Positions 1-10,878 of a stretch of 64,000 nucleotides of DNA are shown here, one piece after another; position 1 is the first letter of the stretch, and the number at the start of each line of letters is the position of its first letter. Both the position numbers and the translations under genes were made by a program. Source of the stretch: an uncultured Bacteroidota bacterium (GTDB taxonomy: Bacteria; Bacteroidota; Bacteroidia; Chitinophagales; Chitinophagaceae); assembly GCA_903824725.1 (NCBI GenBank), contig CAIJXU010000089.1, positions 1,041 through 65,040 on the forward strand, read 5' to 3'. Below the pieces are notes generated by a model. The model was not told where the DNA came from, made no database searches, and was given only the letters and a program-made list of their open reading frames with translations.

Positions 1-2403
1 GGTCAAGATGCAGCAGGTTTCATTTACTATACTGTAAATGGACAAAGAATGAGAGCACTTCCTGGATATTCTATTAACTATGGTGCTAAGTTTGATGGTC
101 AACCTATTATGACTTGGGACGGAAAAGTAAGACCATATACTGCTCAAACCAATAACTATGCAGGTTTGTTCCAAGATGCACAAAATTCAAATACAACGAT
201 TGCTTTATCAAATGGTAACGAAAATGCAAATTTCCGTTTCTCATTAACACACTCTGAAAATCAAGGGGTGAGCGTTGGAGCAAAAAACACAAAAAATATA
301 GCCAACTTAAATACAAGTTTTAAAATTGGTAAGAATTTTTCTACGGATATCATGGTGAACTTAATTAATCAACAAACCCATAATCGTCCTTATTCAGTAG
401 ATCGTTTATTGAATAACTTTACAGGGATGATTGGTATTTTTGATAATGGCCAATGGTATAAAGATAAAGTGATCACTAGTTTAGGATATCGTTACCGCAA
501 TGGTTCTGATCAAAGTTTAACACCAAACGAAAATATCATTTACTCTAACTTCAGAGGAGATATTGCTGATTACATGTATCGTGTAATAGCAAACACTTCA
601 GATGAAAACAGTAATCGTTTAATTTCAAGTGTGACCAACAACTGGCAGATTACTAAAAATTTGAGATTTAGATCAAGAATTTCTACCGACTTCACTAACC
701 AATCAACTGAAGATAAAAACAGAAGTGAGGTTCCTTTGATTTTCGGTAATTCTGGTTATTATGGAATGAGTAGCTACCAAAGCACCATTAATTACACAGA
801 CGCCTTGTTGACTTATAATAATAAACTTGGGAAAGATTTAGAGTACAATGTAACTGGAGGTTATACTGCATCTAAAGAAACTTCATCTTCATTAAGTAGA
901 GGAACTGATGGTGGTTTGAGTACTGAAAATATGTATGATCTTGCTGCCTCAGTAAATACTCCTTGGAGTGGATCAAACAGATTCTCATTAGTTAAAGATG
1001 CCCTTATCGGAACGTTAAATGCAAACTATAAAAACTATTTATTTACTGAAGCTACTGTTCGTCGTGATAGAACATCAACAATGAACCCTAATAACAATTC
1101 ATTTGTTTATCCTTCAGTTAACGCAAGTTTCATCTTCTCTGAAGCAATGGATAACATTCCTTCATGGTTAAGTTATGGTAAATTAAGAGCTTCTTGGGGT
1201 ATGGTGGGTAACTATCCTTCTCCATACATGGCAAACGTTGCTTATAATCAAAGTACATTAGGTAATATATATGGTGGTCAACCAGTATTATATACTCAAG
1301 TTCCAACAGGTACTTTTGGTAACGACGGTATTCGTCCAGAGCAAAAAAATGAAATTGAATTAGGTTTAGAAGCAAGATTTTTCAATAACCGTTTTGGTTT
1401 AGAATTCTCTTATTATAATGCACAAGTAAAAGACCAAATTTTACCTTTAACCTTGCCTAGTGCATCAGGTGCGGGTTCTATTTTAACTAATATTGGTACA
1501 TTAAGAAATCAAGGTTTAGAGTTAGCTTTAAACGGAACTATTATTCAACAAAATGGTTTCAAATGGGAAGCGACTTTGAACTTAGCTAAAAACATCAACA
1601 AAGTGGAGGCTTTAGCTCCAGGTTTAACAAGATTATTACATGCTGATTATGATGGTAATGCTGCTCAATTAGTTTCTGAAGTTGGACAACCAATGGGAGA
1701 CATCTTAGCACATCCAGTATTAACTGATGCTAATGGAAATATGAAAGTAGGATCAGATGGTCTTTATTTACTTGATGCCAACAAAATGGAAAAATATGGT
1801 AATGCAATGCCAAAATTAACTGGAGGTTTAATTAACGGCTTTACTTATAAGAATTTCACTTTAGACGCCTTGATTGATTTCCGTTATGGTGGTTCAGTGA
1901 TGCCAACAGGTATTAACTGGATGACAAGTAGAGGTTTGACTAAGGAAAGTTTAAATTATATGGATAAAGAACATGGTGGTTTAACTTATACATCAGGTGG
2001 GGTTACTTACAATGATGGTATGTTATTGCCAGGGGTTAAAGCTGATGGTACAAAAAATGACATCATTGTTTCTCAAGCTTATTACTATTGGAATACTTAC
2101 AACTGGGGAGGACCTCAGTATAGTAGTTCTCGTTACTCTTTGTATATCCAAGAAAATACTTACATAAAAATGAGAGAAATTGCAATTGGTTATAATTTTG
2201 GAGCTAAGATTGCAAGTAAGATTGGAGCAAACAAATTGAGATTGTCTGTATTTGGAAGAAACTTATTCTATTTATATAGAACTATCAAAGACATAGATTC
2301 TGAACAAACAACAGCAGGTTCAAGATGGTACCAAAACGTAAGCAATGTAGGTACGAATCCTTCAAGCAGAACCTTTGGTGTAATGTTAAGGGCTTCTTTT
2401 TAA
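1..2403 (+). CDS. susC: SusC/RagA-family TonB-dependent outer membrane transporter (5'-truncated by window edge)
   Basis: Frame is open from base 1. SusC-like motifs (YPSVNASFIFS, SYGKLRASWG, IRPEQKNEIELG, NIGTLRNQGLE), C-terminal Phe, followed by a SusD gene. Confidence 0.93.
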   Translation, partial: GQDAAGFIYYTVNGQRMRALPGYSINYGAKFDGQPIMTWDGKVRPYTAQTNNYAGLFQDAQNSNTTIALSNGNENANFRFSLTHSENQGVSVGAKNTKNIANLNTSFKIGKNFSTDIMVNLINQQTHNRPYSVDRLLNNFTGMIGIFDNGQWYKDKVITSLGYRYRNGSDQSLTPNENIIYSNFRGDIADYMYRVIANTSDENSNRLISSVTNNWQITKNLRFRSRISTDFTNQSTEDKNRSEVPLIFGNSGYYGMSSYQSTINYTDALLTYNNKLGKDLEYNVTGGYTASKETSSSLSRGTDGGLSTENMYDLAASVNTPWSGSNRFSLVKDALIGTLNANYKNYLFTEATVRRDRTSTMNPNNNSFVYPSVNASFIFSEAMDNIPSWLSYGKLRASWGMVGNYPSPYMANVAYNQSTLGNIYGGQPVLYTQVPTGTFGNDGIRPEQKNEIELGLEARFFNNRFGLEFSYYNAQVKDQILPLTLPSASGAGSILTNIGTLRNQGLELALNGTIIQQNGFKWEATLNLAKNINKVEALAPGLTRLLHADYDGNAAQLVSEVGQPMGDILAHPVLTDANGNMKVGSDGLYLLDANKMEKYGNAMPKLTGGLINGFTYKNFTLDALIDFRYGGSVMPTGINWMTSRGLTKESLNYMDKEHGGLTYTSGGVTYNDGMLLPGVKADGTKNDIIVSQAYYYWNTYNWGGPQYSSSRYSLYIQENTYIKMREIAIGYNFGAKIASKIGANKLRLSVFGRNLFYLYRTIKDIDSEQTTAGSRWYQNVSNVGTNPSSRTFGVMLRASF

Positions 2404-2470
2404 TTAATAAAAAGCAACTTAAAACAATACAAAAATGAAACATCAAAATATAATTTATAAAATTAATTAC

Positions 2471-4054
2471 ATGAAAAACTTTCTAATAATGATGACATTA
2501 TCACTTATGGTGGTAGTGACATCTTGCAAAAAGACTGATTTTGCTGATAGCTATGCTGATCCTTCCAAAATATCAGTAACTAATATAGAAAAGCAATATG
2601 CTGGATTTTTGAAATCTAATTCTTCGTATGTTATTCCTGATTATTGGAATTACTTCGTAGTATTAAGAACAACAACCGACCGTTATACACAAGCAACAGG
2701 TTATACCAATGTTGATAAGATGTATGTTCCAGGTGATGCTGGTATTGGCGGAAACTGGGATACTTATTATAATTTATTAGCTCAGTATAGAGAATTGCAA
2801 AAAATATATGCTGCATCATCTGCTACTGATCAAGCTGCTAAAAAAATATTCATCACTTCTGCTACAATTTACTTGTATGATTTTACACAAAAATTAGTGG
2901 ATTTGCATGGTAGTATTCCTTTTTCAGCTGCAGGAAATTTAAGTACGAATGGAGGAGATTATATTAAATCTTTGCCAAAGTATGATGACGCTGCTTCTGT
3001 ATATACAAAAATGTTAGATGATTTAAAAAGTATCGCAGATGAATTATCATCTACTACTTTAACTGCTGCTACACAAACTGCATTTACAAACCAAGATTTT
3101 GTAAATGCGGGTAGCATTTCTAAATGGAAAATTTATTGTAATTCATTAAGATTAAGAATGTTAACAAGAGTTTCTGGTGCAAGTGCGTTTACTGGAAGAT
3201 ACACTAGTGAAACTGCTGCTATTTTAGCTAACCCTACTGCTTATCCAGTAGTTAGTTCAAATACAGATAATATTCAAATTACTGTAAAAGGGGTAACTTC
3301 TAATGGCTTAAATGCAAGTGGTTTTCAGTCAGGTTTAGAAGATTGGAATCACAATATTGCTAGCAAGACAATGATTGATTATATGAAAACCAACACTGAT
3401 CCAAGATTAAGAATCTTGTTTGAGCCAGGAACTGCAGCTGCTGGTGCTTATACTGGTCTTGATCAATTGGCGGCTAATTCAGTACAAGATGCATTAATCG
3501 CAGGTGGTACCATTTCTATCTATAATCGTTCTACATTAAGTCGTAATAAATTTTTCCCTGGAGTATTAATCAATGCTGCTGAAGTAAGCTTCTTGAAAGC
3601 GGAGTCTTACTTAAAAGCAGGAAATGCTTCTGCTGCAAAAACTGCTTATGAAGCAGGTGTTAGACAATCTGCTGAATTCTATTTCAATGTAAGAACATTA
3701 AGTGGTGATAACACTGCAGGTACTGCTACCGCTTTAACTACATCTGAATTGGATACTTACTTAGCAAAACCAGACATTAGCTGGGATGCTGCAAGCACAA
3801 CTGCTGCAAAATGGACTTTGATTGCATATCAAAAATGGGTTCATTTTAATGTAGTACAATCTTTAGAAAACTGGGCTGAAACAAGAAGGTTGAAATTGGT
3901 AACTTTGAGCTTTAAATCAGATCCTACAGCTCAAGCATTGCCACCAACAAGATGGTTTTACCCAAGTGGTGAATCTGTATACAATACAGCTAACTACGCT
4001 ACTGTAAAAGCAACTGATAATTTAACAACTAAGTTGTTTTGGGATACTAAATAA
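2471..4054 (+). CDS. susD: SusD/RagB-family surface glycan-binding lipoprotein
   Basis: Lipobox VVTSC after the likely start at 2471 (ORF track starts at 2435). Motifs LVDLHGSIPFS, DPRL, IAYQKW, ENWAETRR, C-terminal KLFWD. Lies directly after susC. Confidence 0.9.
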   Translation: MKNFLIMMTLSLMVVVTSCKKTDFADSYADPSKISVTNIEKQYAGFLKSNSSYVIPDYWNYFVVLRTTTDRYTQATGYTNVDKMYVPGDAGIGGNWDTYYNLLAQYRELQKIYAASSATDQAAKKIFITSATIYLYDFTQKLVDLHGSIPFSAAGNLSTNGGDYIKSLPKYDDAASVYTKMLDDLKSIADELSSTTLTAATQTAFTNQDFVNAGSISKWKIYCNSLRLRMLTRVSGASAFTGRYTSETAAILANPTAYPVVSSNTDNIQITVKGVTSNGLNASGFQSGLEDWNHNIASKTMIDYMKTNTDPRLRILFEPGTAAAGAYTGLDQLAANSVQDALIAGGTISIYNRSTLSRNKFFPGVLINAAEVSFLKAESYLKAGNASAAKTAYEAGVRQSAEFYFNVRTLSGDNTAGTATALTTSELDTYLAKPDISWDAASTTAAKWTLIAYQKWVHFNVVQSLENWAETRRLKLVTLSFKSDPTAQALPPTRWFYPSGESVYNTANYATVKATDNLTTKLFWDTK

Positions 4055-4078
4055 TTGACTCAATTTTTTATCTTTTTT

Positions 4079-4118
4079 AGAACGACTTTTATACTTGTAT
4101 AAAAGTCGTTCTTGTTTT
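4079..4118 (+). terminator. Stem-loop/intrinsic terminator after susD
   Basis: AGAACGACTTTTATAC-TT-GTATAAAAGTCGTTCT inverted repeat followed by TGTTTT. Confidence 0.7.
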
Positions 4119-4128
4119 AAATTTTTAT

Positions 4129-5469
4129 ATGAGACCTTTCTATATTTTGTTTTTTATTTTATTGCAATATTGCCCTTTTATTCAAGAGAAGGCTGTGGCG
4201 CAAGTTGCAAAAATGGGCAACGACGATAGTTTAAAAATGAGTTGGTTTGCCGATGCAAAGCTTGGTATTTTTATCCATGCTGGTATCTATTCAGTGAATG
4301 GAGTGTCGGAATCTTGGAGTTTTCATAATAAGGAGGTTCCTTATACTGATTATATGAATCAGTTAAAAGGCTTCACTTTAAAAAATTATGATCCTAATCA
4401 ATGGGCTAATTTAATTGCACAAACAGGTGCGAAATACGCAGTGGTGACTACAAAACACCATGATGGAGTAGCCACTTATGATACTAAATTAAATGATTTA
4501 AGTATTGTAAAAGCAACACCTGCCAAAAAGGATTTAATTGCACCTTTGTTCTCGGAACTTAGAAAAAGAAATATAAAATGCGGTGCCTATTTTTCATTAA
4601 TTGATTGGTCTCATCCTGACTATCCAGGATTTTTAAAAGATAGTAGTAGGTATATTGTTGCAAAGGATACTTCTAAATGGGAGAAATTTCAACATTTCTT
4701 CCAAGGGCAAATCAATGAATTAAGCACAAAATTTAATCCAGATTTATTTTGGTTTGATGGTGATTGGGAACATTCTGCCTCTGAATGGCAATCAAAGAAA
4801 GTAAGACAAGGTATTTTATCTACTAATAAAAATGCCATTATCAATGGAAGGCTACAAGGGTTTGGTGACTATGAAACTCCTGAGCAAAATTTTCCAGTGA
4901 CGCGTCCTAAGGAAAAATATTGGGAATTATGTATGACCTTAAATAATAATTGGGGTTATCGTGCTACTGATACCCAATGGAAAACACCCTATGAAGTCAT
5001 TACTATTTTTACCGATATTGTTTCAAATGGAGGTAATTTATTATTAGACATTGGTCCTAAAGAAGATGGTACTTTCCCTAAGGAAGTTCATCAAACTTTA
5101 AAAGAATTGGGAGATTGGAATAAGCGAAACGGCGAAGCTATTTTTAATACGCTAGGAGGCATTGGCCAAGGGCACTTTTATGGGCCAACTACCTTATCCA
5201 AGGATTCAACCATATTGTATTTGTTTTTACAAGGACAAATATATGGTAGTATTTCATTAAAGGGTTTACAAAACAAGATAAAAAGTATCAGTGTGGTGCA
5301 TAATAATATGCCACTGAAATATAAAGTGGTTGGTAAAATTTCATGGAGTTCCATTCCTGGAATTGTTTATATTCAAGTGCCTCCCACAGTGAATGATAAA
5401 TATGTAACTGTATTACGCATCAAATTAGATGGCCCTGCTCGAATGTATCGAGGTACGGGGGGATTATAA
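4129..5469 (+). CDS. GH29 alpha-L-fucosidase, secreted
   Basis: WFADAKLGIFIH, TTKHHDG, YFSLIDW, nucleophile motif WFDG, WELCMT, GNLLLDIGP. N-terminal signal peptide. Confidence 0.93.
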   Translation: MRPFYILFFILLQYCPFIQEKAVAQVAKMGNDDSLKMSWFADAKLGIFIHAGIYSVNGVSESWSFHNKEVPYTDYMNQLKGFTLKNYDPNQWANLIAQTGAKYAVVTTKHHDGVATYDTKLNDLSIVKATPAKKDLIAPLFSELRKRNIKCGAYFSLIDWSHPDYPGFLKDSSRYIVAKDTSKWEKFQHFFQGQINELSTKFNPDLFWFDGDWEHSASEWQSKKVRQGILSTNKNAIINGRLQGFGDYETPEQNFPVTRPKEKYWELCMTLNNNWGYRATDTQWKTPYEVITIFTDIVSNGGNLLLDIGPKEDGTFPKEVHQTLKELGDWNKRNGEAIFNTLGGIGQGHFYGPTTLSKDSTILYLFLQGQIYGSISLKGLQNKIKSISVVHNNMPLKYKVVGKISWSSIPGIVYIQVPPTVNDKYVTVLRIKLDGPARMYRGTGGL

Positions 5470-5593
5470 TGTTTTAATAGTGAAATTTATTGTTATATTT
5501 GGTTTGGAGTGAATTTCAATCATAGTAGGTCCTCCTGCGCTTGATTTAGAGATGATCACTATTAATTGAGTTTAATAATTTAAAAATTTTCAA

Positions 5594-7093
5594 TTGAAAA
5601 AACATTTTTTTTATTTTCTCTTTACTTCTTTTAGTGGGCTTACATTTATAAATGTACAAGCGCAACATAATCAAGCAAAGCCTAATATCATATATATTTA
5701 TGCAGATGATTTGGGTTATGGTGAATTAGGTTCCTATGGTCAAACTAAAATTAGAACGCCTCGTTTAGATCAAATGGCTAAGGAGGGTATGCGTTTCACA
5801 CAGCATTATAGTAGCGCCCCTGTATGCGCCCCATCTCGTTGTATGTTGATGACTGGAAAAAATCCGGGGCATTCTTATATAAGAGGTAATTATGAATTAG
5901 GTGGATTTGCTGATAACGAGGAAGGTGGACAAATGCCATTACATGAAGGCGCCTATACGATAGCAAAAATGCTTAAAGAACGTGGATATACTACCGCATT
6001 GATTGGAAAGTGGGGTATGGGTGTCACCGGCACCACAGGAAGTCCATTAAAGCAAGGCTTTGATTATTATTATGGCTATTTAGATCAAAAACAAGCACAT
6101 AATTATTACCCCACGCATTTATGGGAAAATGATCAATGGGATAGCTTACAAAATCCTTTCATCAATGTACATAGTTCCATTAATCCAATCACAGCAACGG
6201 ATGCTGATTTTGAAAAGTATCGTGGTAAGGATTATGCACCTGCGAAAATGACTCAAAAAGCATTAGGCTTTATTGAAAAAAACGGAAGTCATCCTTTTTT
6301 TCTATACCTCCCTTATACTATTCCGCATTTATCCCTACAAGCACCAGTTGAGTATGTAAAAAAATATATTGGAGAATTTGAAGAGCAGCCTTACTATGGT
6401 GAAAAAGGCTATGCGCCCAATAAATATCCAAGGTCTACTTATGCTGCTATGATTACATTTTTAGATGACCAAGTGGGAATCATCATAGATAAAATAAAAA
6501 AAATGGGGTTGGATAATAATACCCTTATTATGTTTTCAAGTGATAATGGTGCTACATTTTCGGCCGGGGTTGATGTTAATTTTTTTAATAGTGTAAGCGG
6601 ACTTAGGGGATTAAAAATGGATTTATATGAAGGCGGAATCAAAGTACCCTTCATTGCAAGATGGCCTGGGAAAATAAAAGCAAATGCGGTTTCAGATATC
6701 TTATCTGTTCAATATGACATCATGCCTACCTTGGCCGAATTAACGGGGAAGCCATTACAGTTGGATGGGGTTTCATTACTTCCTACTTTATTAAGTAAAA
6801 AAAGTATTCAATCCAAACGACCATTTATGTATTTCGAGTATCCCGAAAATGGAGGTCAAATGGCCGTTCGAATAGGGAAGTGGAAGGGTGTAAAAATGAA
6901 TGTGCGTAAAAATCCATTAGGGGATTGGGAATTATTTGACATTGAAATAGATCCCAATGAAAAAAACAATGTAGCGAGCAGCAATATAAAAATCATTGAA
7001 CAAATGAAACAAATTGCAAAGCAACAACATTTACATCCACAAGTAATCGATTGGGAATTCATTGATCCTAAGATTCCAAAAGCAAATAAATAA
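5594..7093 (+). CDS. Cys-type (formylglycine) sulfatase, family S1, secreted
   Basis: KPNIIYIYADDLGYG, CAPSR (CxPxR), GKWG, SSDNG, YEGGIKVP. TTG start and signal peptide. Confidence 0.93.
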   Translation: MKKHFFYFLFTSFSGLTFINVQAQHNQAKPNIIYIYADDLGYGELGSYGQTKIRTPRLDQMAKEGMRFTQHYSSAPVCAPSRCMLMTGKNPGHSYIRGNYELGGFADNEEGGQMPLHEGAYTIAKMLKERGYTTALIGKWGMGVTGTTGSPLKQGFDYYYGYLDQKQAHNYYPTHLWENDQWDSLQNPFINVHSSINPITATDADFEKYRGKDYAPAKMTQKALGFIEKNGSHPFFLYLPYTIPHLSLQAPVEYVKKYIGEFEEQPYYGEKGYAPNKYPRSTYAAMITFLDDQVGIIIDKIKKMGLDNNTLIMFSSDNGATFSAGVDVNFFNSVSGLRGLKMDLYEGGIKVPFIARWPGKIKANAVSDILSVQYDIMPTLAELTGKPLQLDGVSLLPTLLSKKSIQSKRPFMYFEYPENGGQMAVRIGKWKGVKMNVRKNPLGDWELFDIEIDPNEKNNVASSNIKIIEQMKQIAKQQHLHPQVIDWEFIDPKIPKANK

Positions 7094-7110
7094 TTAAAAA
7101 AGAAGCCTAA

Positions 7111-8301
7111 TTAGTCAATAATTTGCTCGGAAATTTTCCCCGTCGCTTTATTTTTTAAGATTAATTTTTTAACTCCATAGTGGGTCATTTCCTCCTTCAC
7201 TAAATAATGGTCTGCATCATATTCTACCAAGTGACTTTCCTTAGATAATCCTGTTTGACCTCTCCAAATATCTAGTTGAACAGGTTCCCATAATTTTGTT
7301 TTCGCCGATTTGTATGCTGCGTCTAATATAGCATTCACTACATAGCCATCGTAGAATGTTTCCTTAGGAGCAACGCCTTTTTCCATCGAATTAAACATGT
7401 CCATGAACATATGATTGTAACCAAGTTCATTTAACTCATCTCCCACAGGGAATAACCAACCACTATTGCTTTCTGATTTTTCAGAAATATAATCACCTCC
7501 TTTCCCAGTGGTAAACATTTCGAAACCTGTTCTTAAAAAACTATTAATCCATATGGTTCCTTCGGTACCCATGACCTCATCTCTTAAATCCAATCCGCCT
7601 CTAAATGTCCAGCTCACTTCAAATTGGCCAATAGCGCCATTCTCATATTTAACCAAACCAATAGCATGGTCTTCGGCATCGATTGGTTTCACTTGTGTGT
7701 CGGCCCAGCACATCACTTCAATAGGTTTGATATCCTTTCCAATATAACTGCGCGAAATTTCAACACAATGACATCCTAAATCTAAGATACAACCACCTCC
7801 TGCTTGTTCTATATCCCAAAACCAATCACTATGGGGGCCAGGATGTGTTTCGCGCGATTTAGCCCATAAAATGCGACCCACAGCGCCTTCTTTTACGCTT
7901 TGTTGGGCTTTAATAAATTTAGGAGTATATACCAAGTCTTCTAAATAGCCGTTAAAAATGCCAGCTGCTTCCACAGCCAATAGCATGCGTTTGGCTTCTT
8001 CACTATTACGACCTAGTGGCTTTGTGGTCATCACTGCTTTTTTGTGTTTACAACATAACATGACCGCTATCTCGTGAATATTATTGGGTAGCGCAATACA
8101 AACCACATCCACATCGGGATTTGAAATAGCTGCTTCCATATCGGTTGTCCAATGTGCACAATTATAATCGGCAGCAAATTTGGTAGCCGATTCTTCGCGG
8201 CGTGCATAAATACTTACTACTTTATCTTTACTTCGGTATCCTTGTAAAGCATCGGCATAAAACCTGCCAATAAAACCTGCCCCTAACATCGCAATTCGCA
8301 T
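7111..8301 (-). CDS. Gfo/Idh/MocA-family NAD(P)-dependent oxidoreductase
   Basis: LGAGFIG Rossmann motif, TKPL (EKP-like), GGGCILDLGCH. Confidence 0.88.
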   Translation of the reverse strand: MRIAMLGAGFIGRFYADALQGYRSKDKVVSIYARREESATKFAADYNCAHWTTDMEAAISNPDVDVVCIALPNNIHEIAVMLCCKHKKAVMTTKPLGRNSEEAKRMLLAVEAAGIFNGYLEDLVYTPKFIKAQQSVKEGAVGRILWAKSRETHPGPHSDWFWDIEQAGGGCILDLGCHCVEISRSYIGKDIKPIEVMCWADTQVKPIDAEDHAIGLVKYENGAIGQFEVSWTFRGGLDLRDEVMGTEGTIWINSFLRTGFEMFTTGKGGDYISEKSESNSGWLFPVGDELNELGYNHMFMDMFNSMEKGVAPKETFYDGYVVNAILDAAYKSAKTKLWEPVQLDIWRGQTGLSKESHLVEYDADHYLVKEEMTHYGVKKLILKNKATGKISEQIID

Positions 8302-8336
8302 TGTAAATAGTTTTTAAATTTATAATTATTGTTTTT

Positions 8337-9545
8337 TTAAATAGTGGCTACTTCCTTTTTTTCTTTGAAAAATAAAATAAATGCAATTAACACAGCGCCA
8401 GCAATGGCCGCTGGAATAAGCCATATTGCTTGCCAATCATGTTGAACAGCGCCAGAAACCGCATCTGTTATCTTATGTTGATCCACGACACAACCACTGT
8501 ATTTGGTTCCGATAAACATACCTACGCCATAAGTGGCAAAGGTAAATAAACCTTGCGCTGCATTTTTTATTTTTTCACCCGCTTTTTTCTCGGTATACAT
8601 GTAACCTGTTACAAAAAAGAAATCATAACAGATACCATGTAAAATAATGCCTGCATATAACATCCAGCTTGCATTGGTATTTCCGTATGCAAAAAACACA
8701 TATCGCAATAACCATGCGCTAATTCCTAATATCAACATATTTTTCACACCTACGCGATTAAACATGAAGGGGATGGCTAAAATAAATAAGGCTTCAGATA
8801 CTTGACCTAGCGTCATTTTTCCTGCAGCATTTTTCAGTCCAATTTCATTTAAAAAAGGATTCGCAAAGCCATAATAAAACGACAATGGAATACAAATTAA
8901 AATGGCTGAGATAAAAAATATAAAAAAGGACCTGGTTTTAAATAAAACGAATGCGTCGGTTCCTAGAATGGACAATGCATTTACTTTTTCTCCTTTTGCT
9001 TTGGGTGGGGTATTAGGTAATGCAAAACTTAATAGTCCTAATAAAATGGAAACGCATGCAGCAACTTGAAATGTACCTGCTGTTTTTTCGATACCCAATT
9101 GGCTAATGATTAATCCAGCCGCAATCCATCCTAAAGTACCAAAAACGCGAATCAAAGGAAATTGTTTTCCGGAGTCGGTCATTTGTGCAAAGGCAACACT
9201 ATTGCTTAAAGCAATCGTTGGCATGTATAATAAAGAGTATACTAAAATCACCCAATAAAAACTTTCATTATTGACTTGTGTTGCATAATAAAGTAAACCA
9301 GCGCCTAATAAATGCAAAACGCCCATTATTTTTTGCGCAGCAAAAAAACGATCTGCAATCATGCCCACGAAAAATGGACTGATAATGGTAGCAATGGCGC
9401 CTGCGCTATAAGCTGCGCCAATATTCATTCCAGAGGACTTAAGTACTTCTCCCATATAGGTTCCCATGGTCACATACCAAGCGCCCCAAATGTAATATTG
9501 TAAAAACATCATGGAAGATAATAATACCGTAATTTTTGGCTTCAT
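8337..9545 (-). CDS. MFS nucleoside:H+ symporter family permease (NupG/XapB-like)
   Basis: MMFLQYYIWGAW, GMIADRFF, FPLIRVFGTLGWI, ILHGICYDFFF. About 12 TM segments. Confidence 0.88.
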   Translation of the reverse strand: MKPKITVLLSSMMFLQYYIWGAWYVTMGTYMGEVLKSSGMNIGAAYSAGAIATIISPFFVGMIADRFFAAQKIMGVLHLLGAGLLYYATQVNNESFYWVILVYSLLYMPTIALSNSVAFAQMTDSGKQFPLIRVFGTLGWIAAGLIISQLGIEKTAGTFQVAACVSILLGLLSFALPNTPPKAKGEKVNALSILGTDAFVLFKTRSFFIFFISAILICIPLSFYYGFANPFLNEIGLKNAAGKMTLGQVSEALFILAIPFMFNRVGVKNMLILGISAWLLRYVFFAYGNTNASWMLYAGIILHGICYDFFFVTGYMYTEKKAGEKIKNAAQGLFTFATYGVGMFIGTKYSGCVVDQHKITDAVSGAVQHDWQAIWLIPAAIAGAVLIAFILFFKEKKEVATI

Positions 9546-9632
9546 ATTTATACTTTTTAAGCGAATTCAATATACAAATAATTAGCAAAAAAGCCCATCG
9601 AATTCACTTAAAATTAAGGGGATGTGCTAAAA

Positions 9633-9670
9633 TAAATAAGCCCACTATTTTTGCATAGTAGGCTTATTTA
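9633..9670 (-). terminator. Intrinsic terminator after metZ
   Basis: Minus strand TAAATAAGCCTACTAT-GCAAAA-ATAGTGGGCTTATTTA followed by TTTT. Confidence 0.65.
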
Positions 9671-9687
9671 TCAATATATTAAAATGG

Positions 9688-10854
9688 TTAGGCTTCTAGT
9701 GCTTGTAAAATATCCGCTAAGATATCTTCATGGTGTTCTAGTCCAACTGATATCCTTATTAACCCTGGGTTAATGCCCACTGCTTGACGCTCCGCTTCGG
9801 ATAATTTAGCATGTGTGGTACTTGCAGGGTGAGAAGCAATACTTCTGGTATCGCCTAAATTAGCAGTAAGCGAAAGCATTTTTAAACTGTTTAAAAATTG
9901 TTTTCCTGCTTCAAGTCCACCTTTTAATTCAAAACAAACAATACCACCTCCATTTTTCATTTGTTTTTTTGCAATGGCGACCTGTGGATGACTATTTAAA
10001 AAAGGATATTTAACAAAATTAATTTTAGCGTGCCCTTGTAATTTTTCTGCAATCACTAAAGCGTTACTACAATGTCGTTCCATGCGCACTTCAAGTGTCT
10101 CCAAACTTTTACTTAATAACCATGCATTAAAAGGAGACAGGGAAGGCCCTGTTGCTCTACAAAACAAATAAATTTCATGTATTAAATCTTTTCTTCCTAC
10201 TACAGCGCCTCCTAAAACGCGCCCTTGCCCATCTATCCATTTTGTAGCAGAATGCACTACGATGTCGGCACCTAAATCTATAGGCGTTTGACCAATAGGG
10301 GTAGCAAAGCAGTTGTCTACATTTAAAATAATACCATGTTTTTTTGCAATCGCACTGATCATTGCAATGTCTAACACTTCTAATCCAGGATTAGTAGGTG
10401 TTTCAATGTAAATCATTTTTGTGGTTGGTAGTATGGCGGCTTCCCATTCAGCAGCAGTAGCGGTAGCACTTACATAAGAATATTCAATACCATATTTGGG
10501 TAAGTATTTTGAAATCACGGTATGGGTACTTCCAAAAATTGAATTACAAGACAAAAGATGGTCTCCTTTTTTTAATAATGCCATAAAGGATCCAAACACG
10601 GCACTCATGCCAGAAGCTGTGGCAAAACCTGCTTCTGCATTTTCTAAAACGCATAAGCGATCTACAAATTCTTTCACATTAGGATTGGAAAAACGACTAT
10701 ATATATTATCAGCTGTCTCATCTGCAAATGCAGCGCGCATATCTTCGGCATTATCAAAGCAAAAACTACTTGTTAAATAAAGAGGACTTGAATGTTCTCC
10801 TTCATTTGTTTGTTCAATTTGTGTTCTAATTAATTTTGATTGATTGTGCTTCAT
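9688..10854 (-). CDS. metZ: O-succinyl/O-acetylhomoserine sulfhydrylase (Cys/Met metabolism PLP enzyme)
   Basis: YSRFSNP, ASGMSAV, ETPTNP, VDNCFATP, PLP motif HSATKWIDGQGR. Likely start at 10854. Near metX. Confidence 0.88.
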   Translation of the reverse strand: MKHNQSKLIRTQIEQTNEGEHSSPLYLTSSFCFDNAEDMRAAFADETADNIYSRFSNPNVKEFVDRLCVLENAEAGFATASGMSAVFGSFMALLKKGDHLLSCNSIFGSTHTVISKYLPKYGIEYSYVSATATAAEWEAAILPTTKMIYIETPTNPGLEVLDIAMISAIAKKHGIILNVDNCFATPIGQTPIDLGADIVVHSATKWIDGQGRVLGGAVVGRKDLIHEIYLFCRATGPSLSPFNAWLLSKSLETLEVRMERHCSNALVIAEKLQGHAKINFVKYPFLNSHPQVAIAKKQMKNGGGIVCFELKGGLEAGKQFLNSLKMLSLTANLGDTRSIASHPASTTHAKLSEAERQAVGINPGLIRISVGLEHHEDILADILQALEA

Positions 10855-10878
10855 GACGCTATATTTTAAATCCAATAA

